This document shows, piece after piece, positions 27,166-35,429 of a stretch of DNA of 64,000 nt. The position numbers and the translations under genes were made by a program. The first letter of the stretch is position 1. Each line of letters opens with the position of its first letter. The stretch spans positions 124,001-188,000 of IMG/VR virus record IMGVR_UViG_3300028654_000384; one strand, 5' to 3'. Under the pieces are notes generated by a model. It was given only the letters and a program-made list of their open reading frames with translations, was not told where the DNA came from and searched no databases.

Positions 27166-27410
27166 CTCTGCACCGTGCGCACGTTCTTGCTCCATACCCA
27201 ACCCAGCGTGTTCTTCGACGTCAAGATCAACACTTCTTCCGGCGGGATGCGAGGCTGACAAACGTTGATGACGAGCGCGATGTCACTTGCGTGCAGGAAG
27301 CCGACGCCAAGATTGTCCTCCGTTCGCATGCCCGGATACTGCGTCATGCAACACCGATAGTCGTAGTCATACCCAACCAGCAGGGTGACGAGTGAGCCGG
27401 GCGTGATCAC
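27162..27410 (-). CDS. KOW/SH3-like PGxL family protein
   Basis: TPGSLV..IALVINV..VLILTSKNTLGWV. Confidence 0.75.
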   Translation of the reverse strand: MITPGSLVTLLVGYDYDYRCCMTQYPGMRTEDNLGVGFLHASDIALVINVCQPRIPPEEVLILTSKNTLGWVWSKNVRTVQR

Positions 27411-27721
27411 GGGCGGTGAAGGTTGCACTGATCACGGGGAATGTCGCAGTTGCAATTGCCGGGAGCGACGCGCCGCCTGAACAGCTTCCAGATGCGCTCC
27501 TCCTCGTGATCGACCTGTGGTTCACCCACCACGACGGCGAGCTCAACGTTCTCAATTGGTTCACCATCGATGATTTCAAAGCGATTGCGATTCCAATACC
27601 CAGGCACGTCGACGAGCGTGTAGACGCGCGTGGCACCATCATCTTCGAGGACGCTGTAGACGTGACCCTCGGTCAGCTTGTCGGAGGCCAACCCACTGAC
27701 ATCAATGCACTTGACCTTCAT
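27407..27721 (-). CDS. hypothetical phage protein (KVKC..LT.G.VY.V type) with C-terminal CxC..C..H (leaderless)
   Basis: Related motif to 708-932; ATG 6 nt after -10. Confidence 0.7.
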   Translation of the reverse strand: MKVKCIDVSGLASDKLTEGHVYSVLEDDGATRVYTLVDVPGYWNRNRFEIIDGEPIENVELAVVVGEPQVDHEEERIWKLFRRRVAPGNCNCDIPRDQCNLHRP

Positions 27722-27727
27722 GGTTCA

Positions 27728-27757
27728 ATCCTATGCCAATTGCAGGGCACTTTGCAC
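27728..27757 (-). promoter_or_regulatory. phage promoter GTGCAA-18-TAGGAT (leaderless)
   Basis: Consensus match; spacer nearly identical to the 32306 copy. Confidence 0.85.
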
Positions 27758-27758
27758 C

Positions 27759-28001
27759 TCACACCGGACACAACTTGCGCGCATCGATCCACCCCAAGAT
27801 CCCACCCACCATGACCAGCGTTTCAGGACGCCATGCTACGTCTGGCTCAACGTAGATGATGAAGGCAACATCGATGTCTGGTAACATTTCGTAGAGAACA
27901 GGATTGTCGCCGTGAACCACGCCCCTTTTCGGAGTGACGCGTTTGATGCCCTCCGTTCGGCTAGTGACAAAGGTGCCGGGCACAAGGCGAGTAGTGCTCA
28001 T
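27759..28001 (-). CDS. KOW/SH3-like PGxL family protein
   Basis: VPGTFV..VAFII..LVMVGGILGWI. Confidence 0.75.
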   Translation of the reverse strand: MSTTRLVPGTFVTSRTEGIKRVTPKRGVVHGDNPVLYEMLPDIDVAFIIYVEPDVAWRPETLVMVGGILGWIDARKLCPV

Positions 28002-28243
28002 TTCGACACCACGTTGAGCCATGATTGACTCATCCAACCTACCCTGTTCAACGCTGACACGTAGACGATGACCTCGAGAGTATATGAGTCCGACGCACCT
28101 AGAATGAGCACCAACGAGCCGAGCGCGATCGCCGTGGGGATGTTACCGTAATCACTGTCACTGATCGTGCCACGTGGCCACAACTGACACCACACGCGCG
28201 TCACTGCTAGTTGGCCGATCAACGCGACGGATACAGTGTTCAC
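27998..28243 (-). CDS. KOW/SH3-like family protein
   Basis: LIGQLAV..SLVLIL..VYVSALNRVGWM. Confidence 0.7.
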   Translation of the reverse strand: MNTVSVALIGQLAVTRVWCQLWPRGTISDSDYGNIPTAIALGSLVLILGASDSYTLEVIVYVSALNRVGWMSQSWLNVVSK

Positions 28244-28497
28244 CGGCGCTCCAAGTGCTCGACGCGTTGAATCACCGACGTGTAGATCCAACCCACCGCG
28301 CTAGTTAGTGACTCAATGACCTGTGCCCGTCGGTCGCCGCCGGTATCGAACGTAATCGCAATGACAAGACCAAAGTTGAAGTCACACAGGCGTCGTCTAT
28401 GTCCCATATCACCATAGACGCCCGGACGCCAAGAAGACGCGTGAAGTGATGTCGGGTACCAGATCAGGTCACCAGGATGGAAAATGCGGGTCACCAC
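28240..28497 (-). CDS. KOW/SH3-like PGxL family protein (leaderless)
   Basis: HPGDLI..GLVIAI..AVGWI. Confidence 0.75.
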   Translation of the reverse strand: MVTRIFHPGDLIWYPTSLHASSWRPGVYGDMGHRRRLCDFNFGLVIAITFDTGGDRRAQVIESLTSAVGWIYTSVIQRVEHLERR

Positions 28498-28501
28498 AAT
28501 C

Positions 28502-28783
28502 TTATCCTACACCGACAACTATTTCGGTTACACCGTGCCAGTGGGTGCCACGTCCCATCACCTCTTCACTGATTTCGTGAATGTACAGACGACCGCGCAT
28601 TAATAGGATCAATTCGATTACGTCGTCGGACCGCAATCTTCGCCTGCTGATGATCATGGCAAGGGTGTCTGCGTTGAACACCGTGAACCTGCCCAGCGTG
28701 AAGTGATTGAGAGGTCGATTATCAACGAGTCGTGCATGCATCATCGTCAGGGAAGTGATGAGGTCACCCGGTTCAAACTTCAT
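28502..28783 (-). CDS. KOW/SH3-like PGxL family protein
   Basis: MKFEPGDLI..AMIIS..LILLMRGRL. Confidence 0.7.
   Translation of the reverse strand: MKFEPGDLITSLTMMHARLVDNRPLNHFTLGRFTVFNADTLAMIISRRRLRSDDVIELILLMRGRLYIHEISEEVMGRGTHWHGVTEIVVGVG
28504..28533 (-). promoter_or_regulatory. phage promoter GTGTAA-18-TAGGAT (leaderless, inside the upstream gene's 3' end)
   Basis: GTG start 6 nt after -10. Confidence 0.8.
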
Positions 28784-29085
28784 GGGGTGATCACCTTGAT
28801 GAAGGTGCTGTTGATCCAACCCATGCCCTGCGCGGTGACGATGAAGACATAATGTCCCATCACCGTCGCCATAACTGTGCTAGCGACGATTCCGACGTAG
28901 AGCGAATCAATGTACGTGTAATGACTGTCGTACACGTGGCCGGATACATCCGTATGAACGATGATGCACACGTCGCCCGGATAGTATGCGTGTCCCATGA
29001 TGCGCGGGGGCAGTGCCGTCCACGAATAACCTGGGTGCCTGAAGGTCACCAGCGCGCCCGGTGTGGCCTGAGCGGGGGTGATCAT
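28780..29085 (-). CDS. KOW/SH3-like PGxL family protein
   Basis: TPGALV..DVCIIV..VFIVTAQGMGWI. Confidence 0.75.
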   Translation of the reverse strand: MITPAQATPGALVTFRHPGYSWTALPPRIMGHAYYPGDVCIIVHTDVSGHVYDSHYTYIDSLYVGIVASTVMATVMGHYVFIVTAQGMGWINSTFIKVITP

Positions 29086-29354
29086 GCGCGCACCAGGTCG
29101 GTGGGAAACACCCACCCCACGCGATGGCCGAGCAAGACACAGATCCATTGAGTGCCTGGTGAAAAGATGTGGGATACGTCCTTCACGTAATTGATGACGA
29201 GGCACCGTTTACCACGGCGATACCATCGGAGGCCACTACTATTTTCCCCGGGATGAGTGATCCTGACTGCAACATCCTCGCCGTGTCGCCGCGCGTGCGA
29301 CGACCCATGGAGGCAACACAGCGTCCCGGGCAGGAATTGCTCCTCATGGGTCAT
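29082..29354 (-). CDS. KOW/SH3-like PGxL family protein
   Basis: LPGTLCCL..CLVIN..ICVLLGHRVGWVFPTDL. Confidence 0.75.
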   Translation of the reverse strand: MTHEEQFLPGTLCCLHGSSHARRHGEDVAVRITHPGENSSGLRWYRRGKRCLVINYVKDVSHIFSPGTQWICVLLGHRVGWVFPTDLVRA

Positions 29355-29366
29355 CGAGTTCTTTTC

Positions 29367-29396
29367 ATCCTATCACACCATGGCGTCGACTTGCAC
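29367..29396 (-). promoter_or_regulatory. phage promoter GTGCAA-18-TAGGAT
   Basis: Consensus match. Confidence 0.8.
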
Positions 29397-29407
29397 GGTA
29401 CACTCAA

Positions 29408-29683
29408 TCAGAGCGGTTCCAGGTCAGTAAGAAAGACCCAACCCAGCGAGGCATCGGCAAATAACAAGCAGACCCATCTCGTGGATGACAGGCCAAACCG
29501 CCAACTGTTGATGACCAGACACACCACGCCAGCAGCATACCAGACGACGACGCGTTCCATCGGCAGGCCTTGGTGGGTGCCCAGATCGGGGTGCACGATC
29601 CGAACGGCAATCTTGTCACCATAGTCTCTTCGGAGGCACGCTAGTGTGCCGGGCAGCAACTTCTCCTCGTTGGTCATTGTCAT
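29408..29683 (-). CDS. KOW/SH3-like PGxL family protein (close paralog of 29082-29354)
   Basis: LPGTLACL..RIVHP..CLVIN..VCLLF..LGWVFLTDL. Confidence 0.75.
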   Translation of the reverse strand: MTMTNEEKLLPGTLACLRRDYGDKIAVRIVHPDLGTHQGLPMERVVVWYAAGVVCLVINSWRFGLSSTRWVCLLFADASLGWVFLTDLEPL

Positions 29684-29895
29684 CTGTTTTCGAGGAAGTA
29701 CACTGAAACCCAAACCAAGCGCTCCGCGTGCAGGACGAGAACATAGTCCAGGAGGGCGTCCCATTGCTGAACAATGAGGCACGCGTCACCTGCCTCGTGT
29801 GCGTGTCCCAGCGCCAACGTCTTGCGATCTTTCCACCCAATCCACGCGTGCATGAAGACTGCCAGCATTCCGGGAATGACGTCATGCGGCGTCAT
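29680..29895 (-). CDS. KOW/SH3-like PGxL family protein
   Basis: IPGMLA..ACLIV..VLVLHAERLVWV. Confidence 0.75.
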   Translation of the reverse strand: MTPHDVIPGMLAVFMHAWIGWKDRKTLALGHAHEAGDACLIVQQWDALLDYVLVLHAERLVWVSVYFLENR

Positions 29896-30167
29896 GCCAA
29901 CACCAAGTCACTGTCGAAGATCCACCCAACAATGCCGTCTGACGTTAGCACACAGATCCACCAGATGTTGGCTGACCACACGTAGTCAATGATCAAACCA
30001 GCAGTGCCACACCGGGCATATATCACCAGTGATGGTACCTCATCTTTGGGGTGCCTAGTGCGGATGCTGACCGTTACCAACTTCCTCTTATTGTAGAGAA
30101 AGATCAACGTCCCACGTGCATGGATCGTAGGCTGCACAAAGGGTGCTGGGGTTGGTGTGGAGATCAT
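29892..30167 (-). CDS. KOW/SH3-like family protein
   Basis: ARGTLI..GLII..ICVLTSDGIVGWI. Confidence 0.7.
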   Translation of the reverse strand: MISTPTPAPFVQPTIHARGTLIFLYNKRKLVTVSIRTRHPKDEVPSLVIYARCGTAGLIIDYVWSANIWWICVLTSDGIVGWIFDSDLVLA

Positions 30168-30430
30168 GGAACATCACTCGTCTTCGCTATGCGAACGGCG
30201 CGGAAGATCGCTCCGATCACGTGGCTGCCTTCGAGCGCGCGAGATAACCCATTACAGTTCAACCACGTCAGGATGCCTTCGGCGCGGGCGACCAACAGGT
30301 TAACGCCACCGATGAGCACGAAGCGATGCTCGACGGATGACCATATCTCTTCATGCGTGACAACCTCATTGCCGTTACGGGTGTACACCCACTTGATGAG
30401 GTCGCCGGGCTTCAATTCACTCGGCGTCAT
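30164..30430 (-). CDS. KOW/SH3-like PGxL family protein, WxY/IGGV subfamily
   Basis: KPGDLIKWVY..EEIWS..IGGVNLL..LTWL; cf. 47217 and 57660. Confidence 0.75.
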   Translation of the reverse strand: MTPSELKPGDLIKWVYTRNGNEVVTHEEIWSSVEHRFVLIGGVNLLVARAEGILTWLNCNGLSRALEGSHVIGAIFRAVRIAKTSDVP

Positions 30431-31208
30431 CAGGTGCAACCCAATCCTGACCCTTGGTGAATGAACCGCGGTTCTCGATGCCCGTCTTGGTCAAGGCGAC
30501 GACGAACGTTTTCCCGCTACAACCCCACCTGTTCTTGCTGACCTCGAACAACAGGCCCCCAAACGTCGGGCTCTTCTTGTTCTCGTCGTACGACAGGTGG
30601 GCATGGACGTCGATGGCGTGGCGGATGGTGTTCTTGCCCGCGAATTCTCCACCCTTGGTACATTGTCCCACGAAGATGCAGAAGGCGAAGTTCTGCTGGC
30701 ACCAGGCGACCAACATCTCAGTGCAGCGCACCGGGGTGTTGCCCGTCGTCCCACCGTCCTTGTACTTCATGTCGTTCAACGTCTGCAGTGAATCTTGCAG
30801 TAGGACGATGACCTTGCCCGGGTTGGCCTTCTTGACGCCGTCGAGGAACTTCAACAGCTTAGGCAGGTTAGTCTCCTCGGCGACCATGAAGTCGTGCTTC
30901 AACTGCAACCGTTCAACGGCCAGCTTGGCCTGAAACAGGCTCTCTTCGCCCGTGTTGTAGACGACGATGTGACCCGCACCCGTCAGCGTCGACGCCAACT
31001 GGCGCACCAGCGTTGACTTGCCGGTGCCCGGGCCACCCGTCAGCATCAGCGTCGTCGTCGCGGTGAAGCCACCTTCGCCGCCCAACGCCTCGTCGATCCA
31101 ATCGAGGCCCGTCGAGTGCTTGACCCGCAGTTCGGGTGGCACCGCGATGGTGCTGATCTTCGTCCCAGCCTTGAAACCACGCCCAACGTGCAGATTCATC
31201 TCGGCCAT
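30417..31208 (-). CDS. RecA-superfamily ATPase, RadA/Sms-like core only
   Basis: TGLDWIDEALGG, GGPGTGKST, YNTGEES, DSLQT, GQCTKGG..AG, KNRWG (RadA KNRFG-like); no Zn finger or Lon-like domain. Confidence 0.85.
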   Translation of the reverse strand: MAEMNLHVGRGFKAGTKISTIAVPPELRVKHSTGLDWIDEALGGEGGFTATTTLMLTGGPGTGKSTLVRQLASTLTGAGHIVVYNTGEESLFQAKLAVERLQLKHDFMVAEETNLPKLLKFLDGVKKANPGKVIVLLQDSLQTLNDMKYKDGGTTGNTPVRCTEMLVAWCQQNFAFCIFVGQCTKGGEFAGKNTIRHAIDVHAHLSYDENKKSPTFGGLLFEVSKNRWGCSGKTFVVALTKTGIENRGSFTKGQDWVAPDDAE

Positions 31209-31238
31209 TGTCTCGGCATCTCCGTCGGTTGAGATCTA

Positions 31239-31268
31239 ACTCTACCAGGTTCGTGGTGGAACTTGCAC
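31239..31268 (-). promoter_or_regulatory. phage promoter GTGCAA-18-TAGAGT
   Basis: Consensus match; leader with GGAG before RadA-like gene. Confidence 0.8.
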
Positions 31269-31270
31269 TA

Positions 31271-31384
31271 TCACCGAGCCAGGATGAACATGCCCAGTGC
31301 GACCCACGAGGCGCCACAGACGACGAGGGCAGCGCTCCAGAACATCACCATCTCGGCCCGACTTGCCTTTGCTTCCTTCATCAT
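31271..31384 (-). CDS. single-TM micropeptide (37 aa, leaderless)
   Basis: MMKEAKASRAEMVMFWSAALVVCG..; ATG 6 nt after -10. Confidence 0.6.
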   Translation of the reverse strand: MMKEAKASRAEMVMFWSAALVVCGASWVALGMFILAR

Positions 31385-31390
31385 GATCTA

Positions 31391-31420
31391 ATCCTACCAC
31401 GGTCGCCGGCGAACTTGCAC
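31391..31420 (-). promoter_or_regulatory. phage promoter GTGCAA-18-TAGGAT (leaderless)
   Basis: Consensus match. Confidence 0.85.
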
Positions 31421-31427
31421 TGTCCCC

Positions 31428-31450
31428 GAATTATACCCCGGGTGTAATCC
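31428..31450. promoter_or_regulatory. 23-bp palindromic operator GAATTATAC-N5-GTGTAATCC
   Basis: 7 bp upstream of the -35. Confidence 0.75.
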
Positions 31451-31594
31451 TAGCCTGCCTGTCCCGGGACACCCCCGGACCCACCCAGGTGCGGCCCGAC
31501 GGCCCACAGGACGGCCCAGGTCACCTTGCCACGGGCGGGAGGCAGTTCCACCCCTTCGATTATTGTGGGTGCCCGGTGACAAGGCACGTGGACG

Positions 31595-31624
31595 GTGTAA
31601 GTCCCCGGTGAATCGTGGTAGAGT
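31595..31624 (+). promoter_or_regulatory. phage promoter GTGTAA-18-TAGAGT (leaderless)
   Basis: TAGATC then ATG 31631. Confidence 0.85.
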
Positions 31625-31630
31625 TAGATC

Positions 31631-31930
31631 ATGGTAGCAAATAGGTCTCGCCTCAACGTGCCCATCCACAGTGCTCGCAAGTTCAGGTGGAGCAACGATT
31701 TCACCGGCAGTGCCGAGGTGTCTGACTTCAGCCGAACAATCAGCTCGCGGGTGTACACCGATGCCGCGGACGTGGGTTTCATCTGTGAATCACCGCGGAC
31801 GGGTAAACAGGTGCTGTTCACGTTGTGTGAAGAAGAACGGCACGATGGTGAGTTGGTGTCGGAGACCTACGTGTCGTGCGCTTTTGGGGGTTGGGTGCCC
31901 GACATGCGCATCATAATCTTCAACGACTGA
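31631..31930 (+). CDS. hypothetical protein (leaderless)
   Basis: Own promoter. Confidence 0.7.
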   Translation: MVANRSRLNVPIHSARKFRWSNDFTGSAEVSDFSRTISSRVYTDAADVGFICESPRTGKQVLFTLCEEERHDGELVSETYVSCAFGGWVPDMRIIIFND

Positions 31931-31931
31931 A

Positions 31932-31961
31932 GTGCAAGTTCAACTCCGAACCTGGTAGGAT
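31932..31961 (+). promoter_or_regulatory. phage promoter GTGCAA-18-TAGGAT (leaderless)
   Basis: TAGATC then ATG 31968. Confidence 0.85.
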
Positions 31962-31967
31962 TAGATC

Positions 31968-32264
31968 ATGATCAAATACAAGCGTGCCCCTGCCGGGTAC
32001 ATTGCCCAGTTCTTCACAGACGAGAAGCTCCCATACCCGGGCGCGGTCAACCAGGATTACCGTGACAACCATTTCATGGACGTGACAGGAGACTGGTGTC
32101 CCACTCTCCCGGAGGCGATCGAGTCAGTCAAGAAACAACGTCCCAAGGAGATCAAGAAGCTCCAGAAAAAGCTCGAAGCGCTTGAGGCGAGAGCTCAGGA
32201 ACTGAGGGCTTACATCAAACAACTCCAGGAAACGTCAGCGACCTCCGTCGAAGAGAAAGTCTGA
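31968..32264 (+). CDS. hypothetical protein with C-terminal coiled coil (leaderless)
   Basis: Own promoter. Confidence 0.7.
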   Translation: MIKYKRAPAGYIAQFFTDEKLPYPGAVNQDYRDNHFMDVTGDWCPTLPEAIESVKKQRPKEIKKLQKKLEALEARAQELRAYIKQLQETSATSVEEKV

Positions 32265-32305
32265 GGAAGATCTGTGCAAGTTCAACTTCGAACCTGGTGG
32301 TTGCA

Positions 32306-32335
32306 GTGCAAGTTGCCCTGCAACTGGCATAGGAT
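32306..32335 (+). promoter_or_regulatory. phage promoter GTGCAA-18-TAGGAT (leaderless), preceded by a decayed copy at 32274
   Basis: TAGATC then ATG 32342. Confidence 0.85.
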
Positions 32336-32341
32336 TAGATC

Positions 32342-32584
32342 ATGGCAAAGAGAACCCTCAAAGTCGGCGACGAATTCCACAAGGGCCTGTGCATTGTGCG
32401 GGTGATGACCCTCGAGAACCCGGGCAGGTTCCCGGTACGCTACGTGTGGGTCGTCGAGGCCAATGGCCGCCGCGAAGCGGACCATTGTGGCCGTGAAATG
32501 GCCGGCGTCAATTCGGTCAGCGGCACCTTCAAGTTCCTCGAAGGCGAGGGCTTCACCTATCACCCGGTGCAAGTCACCGCCTGA
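32342..32584 (+). CDS. small beta-rich protein, SH3-like (leaderless)
   Basis: LKVGDEF..IVRV..VRYVW. Confidence 0.7.
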   Translation: MAKRTLKVGDEFHKGLCIVRVMTLENPGRFPVRYVWVVEANGRREADHCGREMAGVNSVSGTFKFLEGEGFTYHPVQVTA

Positions 32585-32596
32585 TCGTGGTAGAGT
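32567..32596 (+). promoter_or_regulatory. phage promoter GTGCAA-18-TAGAGT (leaderless)
   Basis: TAGATC then ATG 32603. Confidence 0.85.
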
Positions 32597-32602
32597 TAGA
32601 TC

Positions 32603-33034
32603 ATGGCAAAGAAAGTAGCAAAGAAGTCATCCAAGGCGACACCGTCTCACTACTGCGTCGGCGACACATTTGTACACTCCGACCACAACGCGGGAGTGCA
32701 CATCCGGGTAGTAGCTGTCACCTCTAACTCGGTGTCTTACACGTGGCACTATTCGCCCGGTGGTGTCGGCGAGCCACCGTGGAAACAGCCCGTGTCACAT
32801 TCACAGTTTCAAACGCTGCTCACTGACTTTGGCTTCACAAAGCAAAGCTGTAACAAGAGACGCGCGGCGCTCGTCGATCACATTGCACTGGCGGTGTGCA
32901 ATGCGTTCAACCGAGAGGTCAGCAACGCGCTCAGTGAATTGACTCCCGTGTCGCCCGGGCTCATTGAACACGATGGGGCGATGATCATCATGAAAGATGC
33001 AGTGCACGCCGCCATTCAGCGCTTGACTTCGTAG
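32603..33034 (+). CDS. hypothetical protein, N-terminal SH3-like part (leaderless)
   Basis: CVGDTF..IRVVAV..VSYTW. Confidence 0.7.
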   Translation: MAKKVAKKSSKATPSHYCVGDTFVHSDHNAGVHIRVVAVTSNSVSYTWHYSPGGVGEPPWKQPVSHSQFQTLLTDFGFTKQSCNKRRAALVDHIALAVCNAFNREVSNALSELTPVSPGLIEHDGAMIIMKDAVHAAIQRLTS

Positions 33035-33039
33035 GAGCA

Positions 33040-33069
33040 GTGCAAGTCTTCCGTCACTCGTGGTATCCT
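33040..33069 (+). promoter_or_regulatory. phage promoter GTGCAA-18-TATCCT
   Basis: Consensus match with TGG extension. Confidence 0.7.
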
Positions 33070-33101
33070 GATCTCTCCACCCATAATCAAGGAATGAAGC
33101 C

Positions 33102-33341
33102 ATGTCGATGCGATCCACCAACTCTCCCCGCCGTGTCTACTCCCGCAACAACGTCGTCCACGTGCTGTTCGCCGGCACCGTCTTCGGCCCCAACGGCGAC
33201 ACCAAGGTGCGCCTCGACACCCCCGTCCGCATCACCGGCAACGGCGACGGGACATGCACCATCGTGCAGCGCCGTGCTCACGCCAAGGGCATCACCGAAG
33301 TGTGGCCGCAGGTCAAGGTGCCCTGCACCCCGCGTGGTTAG
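33102..33341 (+). CDS. hypothetical protein
   Basis: AAGGA RBS; high-GC3 codons. Confidence 0.7.
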   Translation: MSMRSTNSPRRVYSRNNVVHVLFAGTVFGPNGDTKVRLDTPVRITGNGDGTCTIVQRRAHAKGITEVWPQVKVPCTPRG

Positions 33342-33344
33342 GTC

Positions 33345-33617
33345 GTGATTCACACAGGTCCCCGGGTACACATTCCTCACGGTGACTCAAATGATCGAAC
33401 GGATGCGAACCTGCTGCCCGGTACCCTGGCCATCGCCGGTGCCCTCTGGCACGACGTAGACCTACAGCAACCCGTGGTGGGCACCAATTTTCTGTGTCTC
33501 ATCGTCGGCGAGGTGTGCAATGGCAACATCTGGCGACCCACGTTGGTCAGTGCGCTCGACGGAGGGGTGCTGTTTGGCTCAGCCTTCTATTTGGAGCCGA
33601 CGACCGTTAGGTCGTGA
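33345..33617 (+). CDS. KOW/SH3-like PGxL family protein (inverted relative to its array)
   Basis: LPGTLA..GALW..LCLIVG..WRPTLV..DG. Confidence 0.65.
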   Translation: MIHTGPRVHIPHGDSNDRTDANLLPGTLAIAGALWHDVDLQQPVVGTNFLCLIVGEVCNGNIWRPTLVSALDGGVLFGSAFYLEPTTVRS

Positions 33618-33847
33618 CTTCGCTCAAGTGCCCAGGCCTCGCGCACGCCGAAACAGCTGACCCACAGCAATTGATCACCAAACAGGATGAACGGGTGGTC
33701 ACCGGTGATATCTTGGCACGAGATGACGAGGCACAGCGTGGGGCGCTGCACCTGGGTGACATAGTCAGCGGGTAGCATTGTCTCATTGCTCCACAACACC
33801 GCGCCCGGGACGACGGTGATCAATTGTCCGGGTCGCAGCACGCTCAT
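33587..33847 (-). CDS. KOW/SH3-like PGxL family protein
   Basis: RPGQLI..LW..LCLVIS..ILFGDQLLWV. Confidence 0.75.
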   Translation of the reverse strand: MSVLRPGQLITVVPGAVLWSNETMLPADYVTQVQRPTLCLVISCQDITGDHPFILFGDQLLWVSCFGVREAWALERSHDLTVVGSK

Positions 33848-34065
33848 GTCGGCACCCGATGCAGGTACACGTGGCTACACCACAGTAGCTGATCATCACC
33901 GGTGAGGACGAGTGCCAGTTGCCATTTTTTTGATGTCCTGATCACAGCGATGATGAGTGACACGCTATCGGGCTTGTTCAATACGTTAAAGCCACGCATC
34001 CTTCCGTCGTCGCAAGTTCTCCACCCGGCGTCGCAGAGGACCAGCTGTCCGGGCACCAGTTTCAT
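33844..34065 (-). CDS. KOW/SH3-like PGxL family protein
   Basis: VPGQLV..SLIIAV..LVLTGDDQLLW. Confidence 0.75.
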   Translation of the reverse strand: MKLVPGQLVLCDAGWRTCDDGRMRGFNVLNKPDSVSLIIAVIRTSKKWQLALVLTGDDQLLWCSHVYLHRVPT

Positions 34066-34298
34066 ACCTGCCTCAGGTAGTGTTCACTAGTCCACAACAA
34101 TCGCCCATCACTAGTGACGACGAGTGTCGGCCGCCAGTTGTTAGAAATGACACCAGCAGAGGTGCCGATGACGAGGCACAGTTCTTCACGCCAGACGCGG
34201 CGAACATAATCGATCAGTGTTTGATTGAACCACAGACCCGCACCTGGGATCAGGAATGTCAGTTGACCCGGTTGATAGAGCCAATCGTCACCTGTCAC
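34062..34298 (-). CDS. KOW/SH3-like PGxL family protein
   Basis: QPGQLT..LW..LCLVIG..WRPTLVVTSDGRLLW. Confidence 0.75.
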   Translation of the reverse strand: MTGDDWLYQPGQLTFLIPGAGLWFNQTLIDYVRRVWREELCLVIGTSAGVISNNWRPTLVVTSDGRLLWTSEHYLRQV

Positions 34299-34513
34299 AA
34301 CAGCCTCCAACGTCCGGGGTGGGCCCACGTCAGGCCCAATCGACCGTCGATCAACAACAACGTCGGGTGACCGTGATTTGATCGACGACCGACGACCAGC
34401 GCGACCCGGCCGGCTTCGATGACGGTGCCGTTCTGATCAGATGAACTGACCATGATGGGTGCCGTGATCTCAATCAGTGCTCCTGGGACGGGCGCGGTGG
34501 GTGACGGCATCAT
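34295..34513 (-). CDS. KOW/SH3-like PGxL family protein
   Basis: VPGALI..ALVVG..LLLIDGRLG. Confidence 0.75.
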   Translation of the reverse strand: MMPSPTAPVPGALIEITAPIMVSSSDQNGTVIEAGRVALVVGRRSNHGHPTLLLIDGRLGLTWAHPGRWRLL

Positions 34514-34755
34514 ACTCCCACTATGGAGTTACGATTGATCTCACACAGTTTGCCGCGCGCAAGGCAAATCACGTAATCAGCATCAACCTTAGAATGGGTG
34601 ATGACGAAGAAACACTCGCCAGGCCAAGCAGTGCTGGGCATTTCGTTGACGAAAGCGATGATGTCTGTTGTCATCCACCACAATGTGCAGGCGGCGTGCG
34701 TCGGCATGGTCAAGGTGCCCGGAGAGAACTTCACGTCGGCGGGTGACAACACCAT
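34510..34755 (-). CDS. KOW/SH3-like PGxL family protein
   Basis: SPGTL..LWW..ECFFVI..YVICLARGKLCEI. Confidence 0.75.
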   Translation of the reverse strand: MVLSPADVKFSPGTLTMPTHAACTLWWMTTDIIAFVNEMPSTAWPGECFFVITHSKVDADYVICLARGKLCEINRNSIVGV

Positions 34756-34798
34756 TAATCATACCCCTGGTGTCGGTCAGTGTTCAAGCGTTGAACAT

Positions 34799-34999
34799 TC
34801 ACAGCGACTTTAACCAGGCATATGCAACCTCGCACAGTCGCCCCCGTGCGATACAAATGACGTACTTGGGGGAATAGCCGGCACCAATGATGAGGCAAGG
34901 CTCGCCGTGAACGGCGTTGTTGGGGTCACAGTCGCCCAACCACCACAACAGACAAGGCAGTTGGGTGATAACGGCCAAGGTGCCAGGTTGCAGCTTCAC
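34799..34999 (-). CDS. KOW/SH3-like PGxL family protein
   Basis: QPGTLA..LWW..PCLIIG..YVICIARGRLCEV. Confidence 0.75.
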   Translation of the reverse strand: MKLQPGTLAVITQLPCLLWWLGDCDPNNAVHGEPCLIIGAGYSPKYVICIARGRLCEVAYAWLKSL

Positions 35000-35223
35000 C
35001 TGACTTCCTCCCCTTCGACGGCGTGTCGGTGACACCAGCCCAGCCGTCCGGTCGCCAGCACCCGGACGCGGAATTCAATCGGGTTCACTTCAACGATGAA
35101 GACAAGGCTTCCGGGGCGCAAAGAACCAAGGTTCACGCCGTCCGCGCCGTCGGCGCACGTCCACAGCGCCCATGCGCCTCCTTCGAGGTCACCCACCTTC
35201 CTGAGTTGACCGGGGGCGATCAC
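34996..35223 (-). CDS. KOW/SH3-like PGxL family protein
   Basis: APGQL..LW..LVFIV..VRVLATGRLGW. Confidence 0.75.
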   Translation of the reverse strand: MIAPGQLRKVGDLEGGAWALWTCADGADGVNLGSLRPGSLVFIVEVNPIEFRVRVLATGRLGWCHRHAVEGEEVR

Positions 35224-35429
35224 CAAAATGCCTCGACGGTCAGCCAACCCAGGCGCCCTAGGGCAAGAACACAGAAGTAGCCACGGTGCCCGGGGCCCGA
35301 GACGATCAAACAGACAGTGCCAGCAGGGAGCCTGGTGCTCCAGTTGGGGCCTGCGTTTCGCAGTTCATTCATGTCGAGCGCCCACACGGGCCTCTCGGGC
35401 CGGGTGATGGTGCCCGGTGATATCATCAT
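35220..35429 (-). CDS. KOW/SH3-like PGxL family protein
   Basis: SPGTI..VW..VCLIVS..FCVLALGRLGWL. Confidence 0.75.
   Translation of the reverse strand: MMISPGTITRPERPVWALDMNELRNAGPNWSTRLPAGTVCLIVSGPGHRGYFCVLALGRLGWLTVEAFW

Noticed and set aside
31595-33069. Regularly spaced near-repeats resembling a CRISPR array
   Set aside because: The repeats are promoter modules, the intervals are 240-430 bp ORFs, and no cas genes are present
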